64,000 nucleotides of DNA from Anaerolineae bacterium. Its GTDB lineage: Bacteria > Chloroflexota > Anaerolineae > CG2-30-64-16. The position numbers and the translations under genes are program-made. The notes below the pieces were generated by a model, which was not told the DNA's origin, searched no databases, and saw only the letters and a list, made by a program, of their open reading frames with translations. The stretch is from the NCBI GenBank assembly GCA_034432655.1, contig DAOUBP010000157.1:6874-70873 (forward strand), read 5' to 3'. Of this stretch, positions 1 through 7,237 are shown one piece after another (position 1 is the first letter of the stretch; the number at the start of each line of letters is the position of its first letter).

Positions 1-431
1 TCCACATAGTGGCTGAAAAACGCCAGCTCGGGGGTCTCCGCGATCCAGCCGTCCACCCGGTCCAGGCCGATGGCCATCAGCTCAGGATCGAAGAAGCTGA
101 CGGACGCTGCGAAGTTGGCCATCAGGGTGCGCGCCTGGCCGGCCCGCGCAGCCGCGGCCTGATCGGTGGCATCCACCGCAGCAGCGTTCGAGGCGTAGGT
201 CATGATCTTGCCCATCAGGATGCCGGCGTCCTGATAGGCGTCCAGGAAGGCCAGCAGCACGGCCGGGCCTCCGGCCAACCGGCCACGATAGGCCGCCAAC
301 GCCGGCAAGCGCTCTTTCAGCTCCACACAGGCCGCTTCCCAATCGGCCGGGGTGGCGAAGATGCTCTCGAGATCCCAGGTTTGTTCGACCGGGACGTCGC
401 TACGCGGGGGGAGGGAGGTTGTTTCGGTCAT
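1..431 (-). CDS. pepF: Oligoendopeptidase F (M3 peptidase) N-terminal part; gene continues beyond window start
   Basis: Minus-strand ATG at 431; translation MTETTSLPPRSDVPVEQTWDLESIFATPADWEAA... matches the PepF N-terminus. Not in the ORF track because it runs off the window edge. Confidence 0.6.
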   Translation of the reverse strand, partial: MTETTSLPPRSDVPVEQTWDLESIFATPADWEAACVELKERLPALAAYRGRLAGGPAVLLAFLDAYQDAGILMGKIMTYASNAAAVDATDQAAAARAGQARTLMANFAASVSFFDPELMAIGLDRVDGWIAETPELAFFSHYV

Positions 432-498
432 GGATTCCAGTATCCTTTCGAATTCAGAGAAGCAAGCATCCTCAGATGCCGCGCTCCGATTGTGCGTG

Positions 499-519
499 TT
501 CTATCTGCGTTCCCTATAA
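499..519. promoter_or_regulatory. 21-nt motif TTCTATCTGCGTTCCCTATAA, copy 1 of 2 (second copy at 36398..36418)
   Basis: Exact 21-mer found twice in the window, both times in intergenic DNA upstream of minus-strand genes. Confidence 0.35.
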
Positions 520-543
520 GGATGCTCGCTCCGCAGTAAACGT

Positions 544-2115
544 TCAACCGTTCCACCGCTCCAGCAGCGCCGCAAACAGCCGCACGCCGTACCCGGTGGC
601 GCCCTTGGGCTGGGCGGGCTTATCCTCTTCGGCCCAGGCCATGGAGGCCATGTCTATGTGTGCCCAGGGGTAACCTTCGGTAAAATGCTCCAGGAACTTG
701 GCGCTGGTGCCGATGCCGGCAAAGCGGCCGGCTGTGTTCTTCACATCGGCCACCTGGCTCTTGATGGCCTCGGCGTACTCGTCATACAACGGCAGCCGCC
801 ACAGCCGGTCACCGGACGCCTCGGCTGCGGCCAGCAATTTGCCGGCCAGGTCATCGTTGTTGCTGAACACGGCCGCAGCCTGCGGGCCCAGGGCGATGGC
901 CTGCGCGCCGGTGAGGGTGGCGATGTCCACCACCGCAGCCGGGTTGTATTGCGCGGCATAGGCCAGCGCGTCGGCCAGCAACATACGGCCCTCGGCGTCG
1001 GTGCTGATCACCTCCATGGTCTTCCCTTTCATGCCGGTGAAGACGTCGCCCGGCTTCTGCGCGCGGCCGCCGGGCAGGTTCTCGGCGCAGGGGGCCAGGC
1101 CGACGACGCGCAGCGGCAGGTTCAAGCGGGCCACCACGCCCAGGGCCGCGATCACCGCGGCCGCGCCGGCCATGTCGTCCTTCATCTTCCACATTTCCTC
1201 GGACGGCTTGATGGAGATGCCGCCTGAGTCGAAGGTGACCCCTTTGCCGGCCAGCACCACCGTCGGCAGGTCGGTGCGATCCGGGTTGTGCTCCAGCACG
1301 ATGAACCTGGGTTCCTGCTCCGATTCCTCGGCCACAGCCATGAAGATGCCCATGCCCAACGCCTTGCACTCGGCGCGACCCAACGCCTGGAACCGCAGGC
1401 CGGTCTCCCGGGCCAGCGCCTCGGCCCGTTCGGCCATGACGGTGGGGGTCATGTGGTTGGCCGGGGTGTTCACCAGGTCGCGCGCGAAGTTGACGCCTGC
1501 CGCCACCACCTCGGCGCGGGCCGCGGCGGCCTGCAACGTGGGCAACCGCTCGGGGTCCCGCTCGACGATGGTCAGCGTCTCCGGGTCGGGCTTCCAGTCC
1601 TTGGGTGGCACGGAGCGGTAGCCGGCGTAGCGGTACAGGCCCAGCCGGGTGCCTTCGACCAGCGCGGCGGCCGCCTTAGCGGGGTCCAGCCCGCCGATGC
1701 CGGCGCCATGGACGATGGTCGCCACGGTCTTGGCGCCCAGATCGCGCGCCTTGCGCGCGGCTGTGGCAGCCGCGTTGCGCGCCTCGCGCAGATCGAACTT
1801 AGCGGCCTCACCCAGGCCGACGACCAGCACACGTGGGGCCGGCAGCGCGCCGCGGGTGTAAAGCACCAGCGTCTCGCCGCTCTTGCCGCTGAAGTCACCC
1901 GCCGCGATCACCTCGCTGATTGCGCCGCCCAGCGCCTGGTCCACTGCGCCCGTTGCGCCCCCGGGCGCGGTCACGCCCTGGAAGAGGTTGACGACGATGA
2001 GGTCAGCGATGACCTCGGTGATACTGCCTTTCCAAACGGTTATTTTCATTGCCTGGCTCCTGTCGCTGTAAATACCATGAAGTTCCGGAATTGACCCATG
2101 CTCGAATTGTAACAC
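544..2115 (-). CDS. pepA: Leucyl aminopeptidase (M17 family)
   Basis: NTDAEGR-type signature (VISTDAEGRMLLADALAYA) and NTPANHMTPT region. 523 aa. Confidence 0.9.
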   Translation of the reverse strand: MLQFEHGSIPELHGIYSDRSQAMKITVWKGSITEVIADLIVVNLFQGVTAPGGATGAVDQALGGAISEVIAAGDFSGKSGETLVLYTRGALPAPRVLVVGLGEAAKFDLREARNAAATAARKARDLGAKTVATIVHGAGIGGLDPAKAAAALVEGTRLGLYRYAGYRSVPPKDWKPDPETLTIVERDPERLPTLQAAAARAEVVAAGVNFARDLVNTPANHMTPTVMAERAEALARETGLRFQALGRAECKALGMGIFMAVAEESEQEPRFIVLEHNPDRTDLPTVVLAGKGVTFDSGGISIKPSEEMWKMKDDMAGAAAVIAALGVVARLNLPLRVVGLAPCAENLPGGRAQKPGDVFTGMKGKTMEVISTDAEGRMLLADALAYAAQYNPAAVVDIATLTGAQAIALGPQAAAVFSNNDDLAGKLLAAAEASGDRLWRLPLYDEYAEAIKSQVADVKNTAGRFAGIGTSAKFLEHFTEGYPWAHIDMASMAWAEEDKPAQPKGATGYGVRLFAALLERWNG

Positions 2116-2262
2116 ATGACAAATACCTCTCTCAAGTTAGTGTAAATGTCACTTCACATCGGCCAGATGAGGCCTTATACTGCCGACAGTTAGTGTGACG
2201 GGGCTCAGGGCGGCAGCGTGCCCTAAACCAGGCCTTCATTCTAATGCAAAGGAGAGATTCCC

Positions 2263-2400
2263 ATGACGGCTATTGACCTCAACGAACTCGAAGTTGTCGA
2301 ACAATCGGTCGTGCAGTCGGGCGCTTCGACTACCGGCGGCGTCTTGTGCGGGATCGGGTGCAGCGGCTGGATCTGCGGCCTGGGCTGCGGCTGGGTCTAA
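2263..2400 (+). CDS. 45-aa Cys/Gly/Trp-rich peptide; candidate RiPP precursor
   Basis: ATG 2263 preceded by AAAGGAGAG at 2248-2256. Translation MTAIDLNELEVVEQSVVQSGASTTGG-VLCGIGCSGWICGLGCGWV, a leader-like N-half and a core with a duplicated C-G-x-G-C-(S)-G-W motif. Too short for the ORF track. Confidence 0.5.
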   Translation: MTAIDLNELEVVEQSVVQSGASTTGGVLCGIGCSGWICGLGCGWV

Positions 2401-2485
2401 GGCTCTGCGCCGAATCGCGCCGGGGGCAGGGCGCCTGTCAGAGGGTTCCCTGTCCCCGGCCTCACCACGTATCAGGAGTTGGCTC

Positions 2486-3739
2486 ATGTTCGGTCGGAAA
2501 GTACGCTCAGGCGTTGGCGTCACGTTGCTGCTGACTGTGCTGATGCTCGGCGCATGCGCTCCCAAATCAACGCCGGGTTCGAGTACGGCCGAACAGGCGC
2601 CGACGATTCACCAAGTGCTGCTCGGCCAACGCGTGGCTCTGGATCTGGCTGCCGGACGCTACGCCTGGCAAGGAACATCCGATATCCTGTTTCTCGGTGA
2701 TCTCTTTGCGGAAGGGACCAAACCTACGCTAGTTATCGCCTACTCAGTAGCCGATCAACAGGAACGGTGGCGAACTGAGCTGACCGCCACGCCACTCAAC
2801 GCTTGGCAGGCAGGCGATACGTATCTGGTCGCGACCGCCCCAGCTGAAACCAACCATGACAACCAGGGGCATCTTGTCGCCCTGGCGACAGACGACGGCC
2901 ATGTGTTATGGGATCAGGCGCTGGGCGAGGCGAACGTGGCGGTGACCGGGCTCGGTTCGCGGGTGTGGGTGGCGGCCGCAGCTGGGGTCGTTGAGATTGA
3001 CCCGCAGACCGGCGCGACCATCGGTGACGTGGTGGCGTGGCAGGAGCGGCCGCGCGGCAACGCGCGGACGGTGCACGCCTACACCTACGAAGGGCGCACG
3101 CAACTTGTCCTATCCGGCGGTCAGGAGCTTTACGCCTACGAGGAAAGCGCGACCGGCTGGACTGAGCGTTGGCATTTTCACGCCGCAAGCCCTGTCATGG
3201 AGACGGGAACGGTGGTCTGGGAGGCGGGCCAGGCGCCACACGTAGAGGCGCTGGCCTTCGGCGCCGCGTACGACATCAAGCCGGATGGAACCACTGGCTG
3301 GCGGATCACCAACCAGGATGTGAACCAGGGGATGCAGCTCGTAAGCTGTGGCGATGGCACAGTTCGCTACGTTTTCGGCAACGTGGCGAGCGGCGTCTAC
3401 CTGGTGGGCAGCGCAGGCGTTGAGCGTTCCTGGCAGTTGCCGGGTGGCCAGGCCAGGCTGGGACCGATCCCGCTCCCGATCGCTGCCAACCCCACCTTCG
3501 GTGTAGCTGCGGGGGACTTGAACGGTGACGGACAGGACGAAATCATAGCTCGTTCGCCCAAGGCGTTGTTCGTGTTCGATTGCCGGGGCCGCCTGCTCGG
3601 CAGCACGGCGCTGAATGACGGCACAAACGATAGCCTGGTCAGCCAGATACGCGGCCTGCCAGGTTATCGGCCCTTCGTGCTGGGCGCCCAATTGGTTGTA
3701 GCCGAAAAGGGACAACTGAGTTATTTTACACTGCAATAA
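2486..3739 (+). CDS. Secreted lipoprotein with beta-propeller (PQQ/BamB-like) and FG-GAP-like repeats
   Basis: ATG 2486 after AGGAG at 2474-2478. Lipobox-like LLTVLMLGAC. Repeats such as DDGHVLWDQALGE and GDLNGDGQDEIIARSP. Confidence 0.6.
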   Translation: MFGRKVRSGVGVTLLLTVLMLGACAPKSTPGSSTAEQAPTIHQVLLGQRVALDLAAGRYAWQGTSDILFLGDLFAEGTKPTLVIAYSVADQQERWRTELTATPLNAWQAGDTYLVATAPAETNHDNQGHLVALATDDGHVLWDQALGEANVAVTGLGSRVWVAAAAGVVEIDPQTGATIGDVVAWQERPRGNARTVHAYTYEGRTQLVLSGGQELYAYEESATGWTERWHFHAASPVMETGTVVWEAGQAPHVEALAFGAAYDIKPDGTTGWRITNQDVNQGMQLVSCGDGTVRYVFGNVASGVYLVGSAGVERSWQLPGGQARLGPIPLPIAANPTFGVAAGDLNGDGQDEIIARSPKALFVFDCRGRLLGSTALNDGTNDSLVSQIRGLPGYRPFVLGAQLVVAEKGQLSYFTLQ

Positions 3740-3750
3740 GGAGCTTCAAG

Positions 3751-4275
3751 ATGACCTCCACTAAGCTGCACCTGTTCAGTGATGGGAGAACGCACATAGC
3801 CTATCACCCCGAGACCCGAATATTCTACCGGCTCGATGACGCAGCATGGGAATCCCGCGATGTGGCCGACGATGCCTTTCTCACCGCGCCGACGTTGCCG
3901 TCATCAGCCGCCAGCAAGATCCAGGGTACGTCCTCCAATGCGGCGCCAGCCGCTAGCCCCTGGACCTTGGAACGGCTGGTCATGGTGATCACAACGCACT
4001 GCAATCTGCGCTGCCGCTATTGCTATGCCGAAGGCGGGCACTACGGGACAACGCGGCAGCATATGCAGCCTGAGCTGGCGCGACAGGCATTGGCGTGGGT
4101 GCTGGAGCTTTTCGAGACGGTGGGCGTCGTGCAGTTTTTCGGGGGCGAACCTTCGCTGAATACCAAGGCGATCGCGGCCATTTGCGAGCAGTTCGACGCG
4201 CACGTAGCGGCAGGACGGCTGGCGCAGCCTCCCGGGTATGCGATGGTCACGAATGGCACATTGCTGGGAGCGTGA
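3751..4275 (+). pseudogene. Radical SAM (SPASM/anSME-type peptide maturase family) N-terminal half only; truncated
   Basis: CNLRCRYC (Cx3Cx2C), FFGGEPSLN and MVTNGTLL motifs. N-terminus LHLFSDGRTHIAYHPETRIFYRLDD typical of peptide-modifying rSAM enzymes. The ORF stops at 174 aa, directly before the ABC ATPase start, and no SPASM/C-terminal barrel half follows. Confidence 0.55.
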
Positions 4276-4279
4276 AAAC

Positions 4280-5179
4280 ATGAGCGAGCGCTTGTTGCTT
4301 GAGACGCGTCACCTGGGCAAAAGATTTGGCTCGTTCGAGGCGCTGCGCGATGTCAATCTGCATATCGCGGAGGGCGACATCTACGTGTTGCTGGGCCCGA
4401 ACGGCTCCGGCAAGAGCACGACGCTGAGCATCATCACGGGGATGCTAAGGCCTACGTCCGGCGAAGTGGTCTATACCGGCCGGCCGGGTACGCTGGCCGG
4501 CTTCATTGGCACGCCGCCGGTCTATCCCCACCTGTCGGCGCGCGCAAACCTGGAAATCTCCTACCTGATGCGCGGTCTGCCGGTGGTCACGCGCCGGATC
4601 GATGACGTGCTGGCCACCGTCGGCCTGGCGGAGGCGCGCGACCGCCGGGCGGGGGAGTTCTCCACCGGGATGCGCCAGCGGTTGGGGATCGGCCGGGCGC
4701 TTCTTTTCTCGCCGCGGCTGATCGTGCTGGATGAGCCGACGAACGGGCTCGATCCCGAGGGCATCGTGGACATCCGTGAGATAATCCAGCGTCTCAACCG
4801 GGATCACCGCATCACCTGGTTGGTTTCCAGCCACATGCTCGCGGAGGTCGAAAAGATCGCCACGCGGGCCGGCATTCTGATGAACGGATCCCTGTTGAGG
4901 GAAATGAGCCTGGATGGCGCGCTGGACAACGCAAAGGTTTTCTCACTGGATACCCCGGAGCCGGAACGGGCCAAGGCGCTTCTGCCGGTCGGAGTCACCC
5001 TGCTGGAGGAGGATGCGACGAGCCTGATCATCCAGCTCGACAACGGTCTCGGCCCGGTGGAGTTGAACCGGTATCTGGTGGGCAAGGGCATCCCGGTGGC
5101 CGGACTGGGCCGCGTGCCCAATCGGCTGGAGGCCACCTACTTTCAAGTGTGCTATGGCGGGAAAGGAGACAGACGATGA
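4280..5179 (+). CDS. ABC transporter ATP-binding protein (ABC-2/DrrA-like)
   Basis: Walker A GPNGSGKST, signature FSTGMRQRL, Walker B LIVLDEPTNGLD. Start chosen at MSERLL. Confidence 0.9.
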   Translation: MSERLLLETRHLGKRFGSFEALRDVNLHIAEGDIYVLLGPNGSGKSTTLSIITGMLRPTSGEVVYTGRPGTLAGFIGTPPVYPHLSARANLEISYLMRGLPVVTRRIDDVLATVGLAEARDRRAGEFSTGMRQRLGIGRALLFSPRLIVLDEPTNGLDPEGIVDIREIIQRLNRDHRITWLVSSHMLAEVEKIATRAGILMNGSLLREMSLDGALDNAKVFSLDTPEPERAKALLPVGVTLLEEDATSLIIQLDNGLGPVELNRYLVGKGIPVAGLGRVPNRLEATYFQVCYGGKGDRR

Positions 5180-5946
5180 TCCGGGCTGCGCTGAAAACCT
5201 ATCTCAGTTGGCGCGGATTCTGGGCGCTGAACCTCATCGGTCTGGGTTTGCTGGTGCTCTATTCGTTGGTTTTGGTCGGCATGGATCGCGTCGGCTGGAT
5301 GCCGGTGAGTGGGCTGGATTACCTGGTGGGTTCACTCAATGTCTATCTGACCAATCTGCTGCCCCTGCTGGTTTGCCTGTTCGCGGCCCAGGCCTTTGCT
5401 TCCGAGTACCAGTGGCGTACGTTGATGATCCCACTGTTCGAAGGCGTGCCGCGCTGGCGGATCGCGCTCAGCAAGGTGGTATTGAGCGCGGTTGCCACGG
5501 TCGTGTTCGTTGCGGTCTATCTTGTGGCGGCGGCCGGGCTGGCTTTTCTCCTGTTTTCGTTCAAAGGAGTGATGCTGGAAAGCCGGGTGATCTCGGCCGG
5601 CGAGGCGCTCTTCAGGCTGGCAGTCGCAGGCGGCTGGCTGACTTTGGTCATTTGCCTGTTCGGCTGGTTGGCGCTGGCGCTGGTGGTCCAGCTCAGGCAG
5701 CCCCTCCTTGCCGGTATCGGCGCGTTTCTGGTCTTCATTGCGATATTGGAAACCCAGGGCCCGCGCAGCCCATTCGCACCCTGGTTCCAGGTCGCGCAAA
5801 CCTTGGTCAAGGCGCCGGACCTGGCCAATTCGGACGTTGCGCGGCTTGTGGCCCGCGGTGGCGCCATCTGGCTGGCCGCTGCCGCCTTGATCATTGGCTG
5901 GTTGTTGTGCCTGTTCAACCGCCGCGACATCACCTTGGACGCGTGA
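5176..5946 (+). CDS. ABC-2 type transporter permease (multi-TM)
   Basis: ATGA overlap with the upstream ATPase and AAGGAG RBS. About six hydrophobic helices. Confidence 0.7.
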   Translation: MIRAALKTYLSWRGFWALNLIGLGLLVLYSLVLVGMDRVGWMPVSGLDYLVGSLNVYLTNLLPLLVCLFAAQAFASEYQWRTLMIPLFEGVPRWRIALSKVVLSAVATVVFVAVYLVAAAGLAFLLFSFKGVMLESRVISAGEALFRLAVAGGWLTLVICLFGWLALALVVQLRQPLLAGIGAFLVFIAILETQGPRSPFAPWFQVAQTLVKAPDLANSDVARLVARGGAIWLAAAALIIGWLLCLFNRRDITLDA

Positions 5947-5952
5947 CGGGTG

Positions 5953-5982
5953 TTGACGGGTTTTGGTCTGCTATGGTAGAAT
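5953..5982 (+). promoter_or_regulatory. Putative sigma70-type promoter: TTGACG / 18 bp / TGgTAGAAT (extended -10)
   Basis: Sequence read directly; drives the 6014 small ORF, polyprenyl-synthase-like gene, HK and RR block. Confidence 0.35.
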
Positions 5983-6013
5983 TCTGTCACTTTTCTCACG
6001 AAAGTAGTTCATC

Positions 6014-6223
6014 ATGAACACTCTTGCAACGGCAGTTCGGATGCTCAGTGAAGGTCGCCAGTCTTCAGACAGAATGGCCCTATCGGCCGCTGAGCGTGAA
6101 GCGTTGAAGCGGATTTCCTCCTTGCTTGATGGGTCTACGCGCCGGTTAGCTACTGCGCTCGATGAGATCAGCACAGATATGGTTTGGGTGGTTGCCCCGG
6201 AGCGTGATGCGGTCACGGGATGA
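6014..6223 (+). CDS. Hypothetical small protein (69 aa)
   Basis: ORF with ATGA overlap into the downstream gene. No recognisable domain. Confidence 0.35.
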   Translation: MNTLATAVRMLSEGRQSSDRMALSAAEREALKRISSLLDGSTRRLATALDEISTDMVWVVAPERDAVTG

Positions 6224-7236
6224 TCGGCGTTCCTCCGGCAGAGCCTGCACACATCGAGTCTCTGGTTGCCCGCTATCGGCAGGCGTTCAGCGCCCAAGTC
6301 CGTTCGGCGATCCAAGAAAGCATTGATCCGACCCCATTGCGCGCCTACTTGATACGCCTGGTTGAGGCGGGGATGCTGCGTGATGTGGAGACGGTCGGTA
6401 TTGGCTGGCTGCCAATTCTGGCCTGTGAAGCGTGCGGCGCCGATGGCGCCCGCGCCCTGCCCGTTGCTGCAGCCTGGCAACTGGTTCGTCTCGCGGTCAA
6501 GCTCCTGGACGACGTGGAAGACGGGGATGGCGGCGCCAGCGAGCACTCAGGCATCGCGATCAACGCCGCGACCGCCCTGCTCTCCGTGGCGCATGTGACA
6601 ATCGGGCACGGGACCGGCATGTCGTTGAGCCGGACACAGCGCACGGCAGATGGCTTGCAGCATGCGCTCCTGTTAGCGGCCTCCGGTCAGCATCGTGACC
6701 TGGCGGCCAGGGGTTCGGCCGATCCGATGAGCCCGGATGAGTGGCTCGCGGTCGCGGAAGCCAAATCGGGCGCGCTGCTGCGCTGGGCGGTCGAGGCTGG
6801 CGCCCTGGTCGCGGGTGCGCGTCGCGCGCTCGCGACGGCGCTGGGCGAATATGGTTGGCGCCTGGGCATCCTCCTGCAGCTGGCAGACGATCTGACCGAT
6901 TGCTGGCGAGGCGGGGATGACAGCGACCTTGCCGCAGGATCTCTGACCTTACCGCTATGCTATGCACTCTGGGTTGCATCCGACGACGAGCAGCGGCGAC
7001 TTGCGCAGCTGCTGCTGGCTCGGCGGCAGGGGGATCAGGCTGCCGCCAGCCAACTTGGGCAGATGCTGATCGACATGGGGGCCCAGGCCTACCTGCTGAC
7101 GGTCGCGCTGGCCCAGCGTGCGCAAGCACTGGCCGCGCTCGATCGGGCAGCGCCGGCGCTCGGCGAGACGGGACGGCTTCTCCTGGAGCCGATGATTGAC
7201 TATGCCTTCCCGGCATTTCGGCCGCTTGGAATTTGA
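6220..7236 (+). CDS. Polyprenyl synthetase (isoprenyl diphosphate synthase) family protein, divergent
   Basis: Two Asp-rich motifs, LLDDVEDGD and LADDLTDCWRGGDDSD, in the expected spacing for the FARM/SARM of trans-IPPS enzymes. Confidence 0.55.
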   Translation: MIGVPPAEPAHIESLVARYRQAFSAQVRSAIQESIDPTPLRAYLIRLVEAGMLRDVETVGIGWLPILACEACGADGARALPVAAAWQLVRLAVKLLDDVEDGDGGASEHSGIAINAATALLSVAHVTIGHGTGMSLSRTQRTADGLQHALLLAASGQHRDLAARGSADPMSPDEWLAVAEAKSGALLRWAVEAGALVAGARRALATALGEYGWRLGILLQLADDLTDCWRGGDDSDLAAGSLTLPLCYALWVASDDEQRRLAQLLLARRQGDQAAASQLGQMLIDMGAQAYLLTVALAQRAQALAALDRAAPALGETGRLLLEPMIDYAFPAFRPLGI

Positions 7237-7237
7237 C

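Noticed and set aside
9-673. Plus-strand ORFs (9..539, 419..673) and a minus ORF 82..342 overlapping pepF and pepA
   Set aside because: Arise in alternative frames of high-GC coding DNA. Their proteins are Arg/Gly/Pro-rich nonsense. The pepF frame has clear family similarity.
2236-2565. ORFs 2236..2565 (-), 2346..2534 (+), and the TTG-started 2273 extension of the lipoprotein gene
   Set aside because: They overlap the RBS-preceded small peptide ORF and the signal-peptide start at 2486. The 5' part of the 488-aa ORF is low-complexity and in a different frame from the peptide gene.
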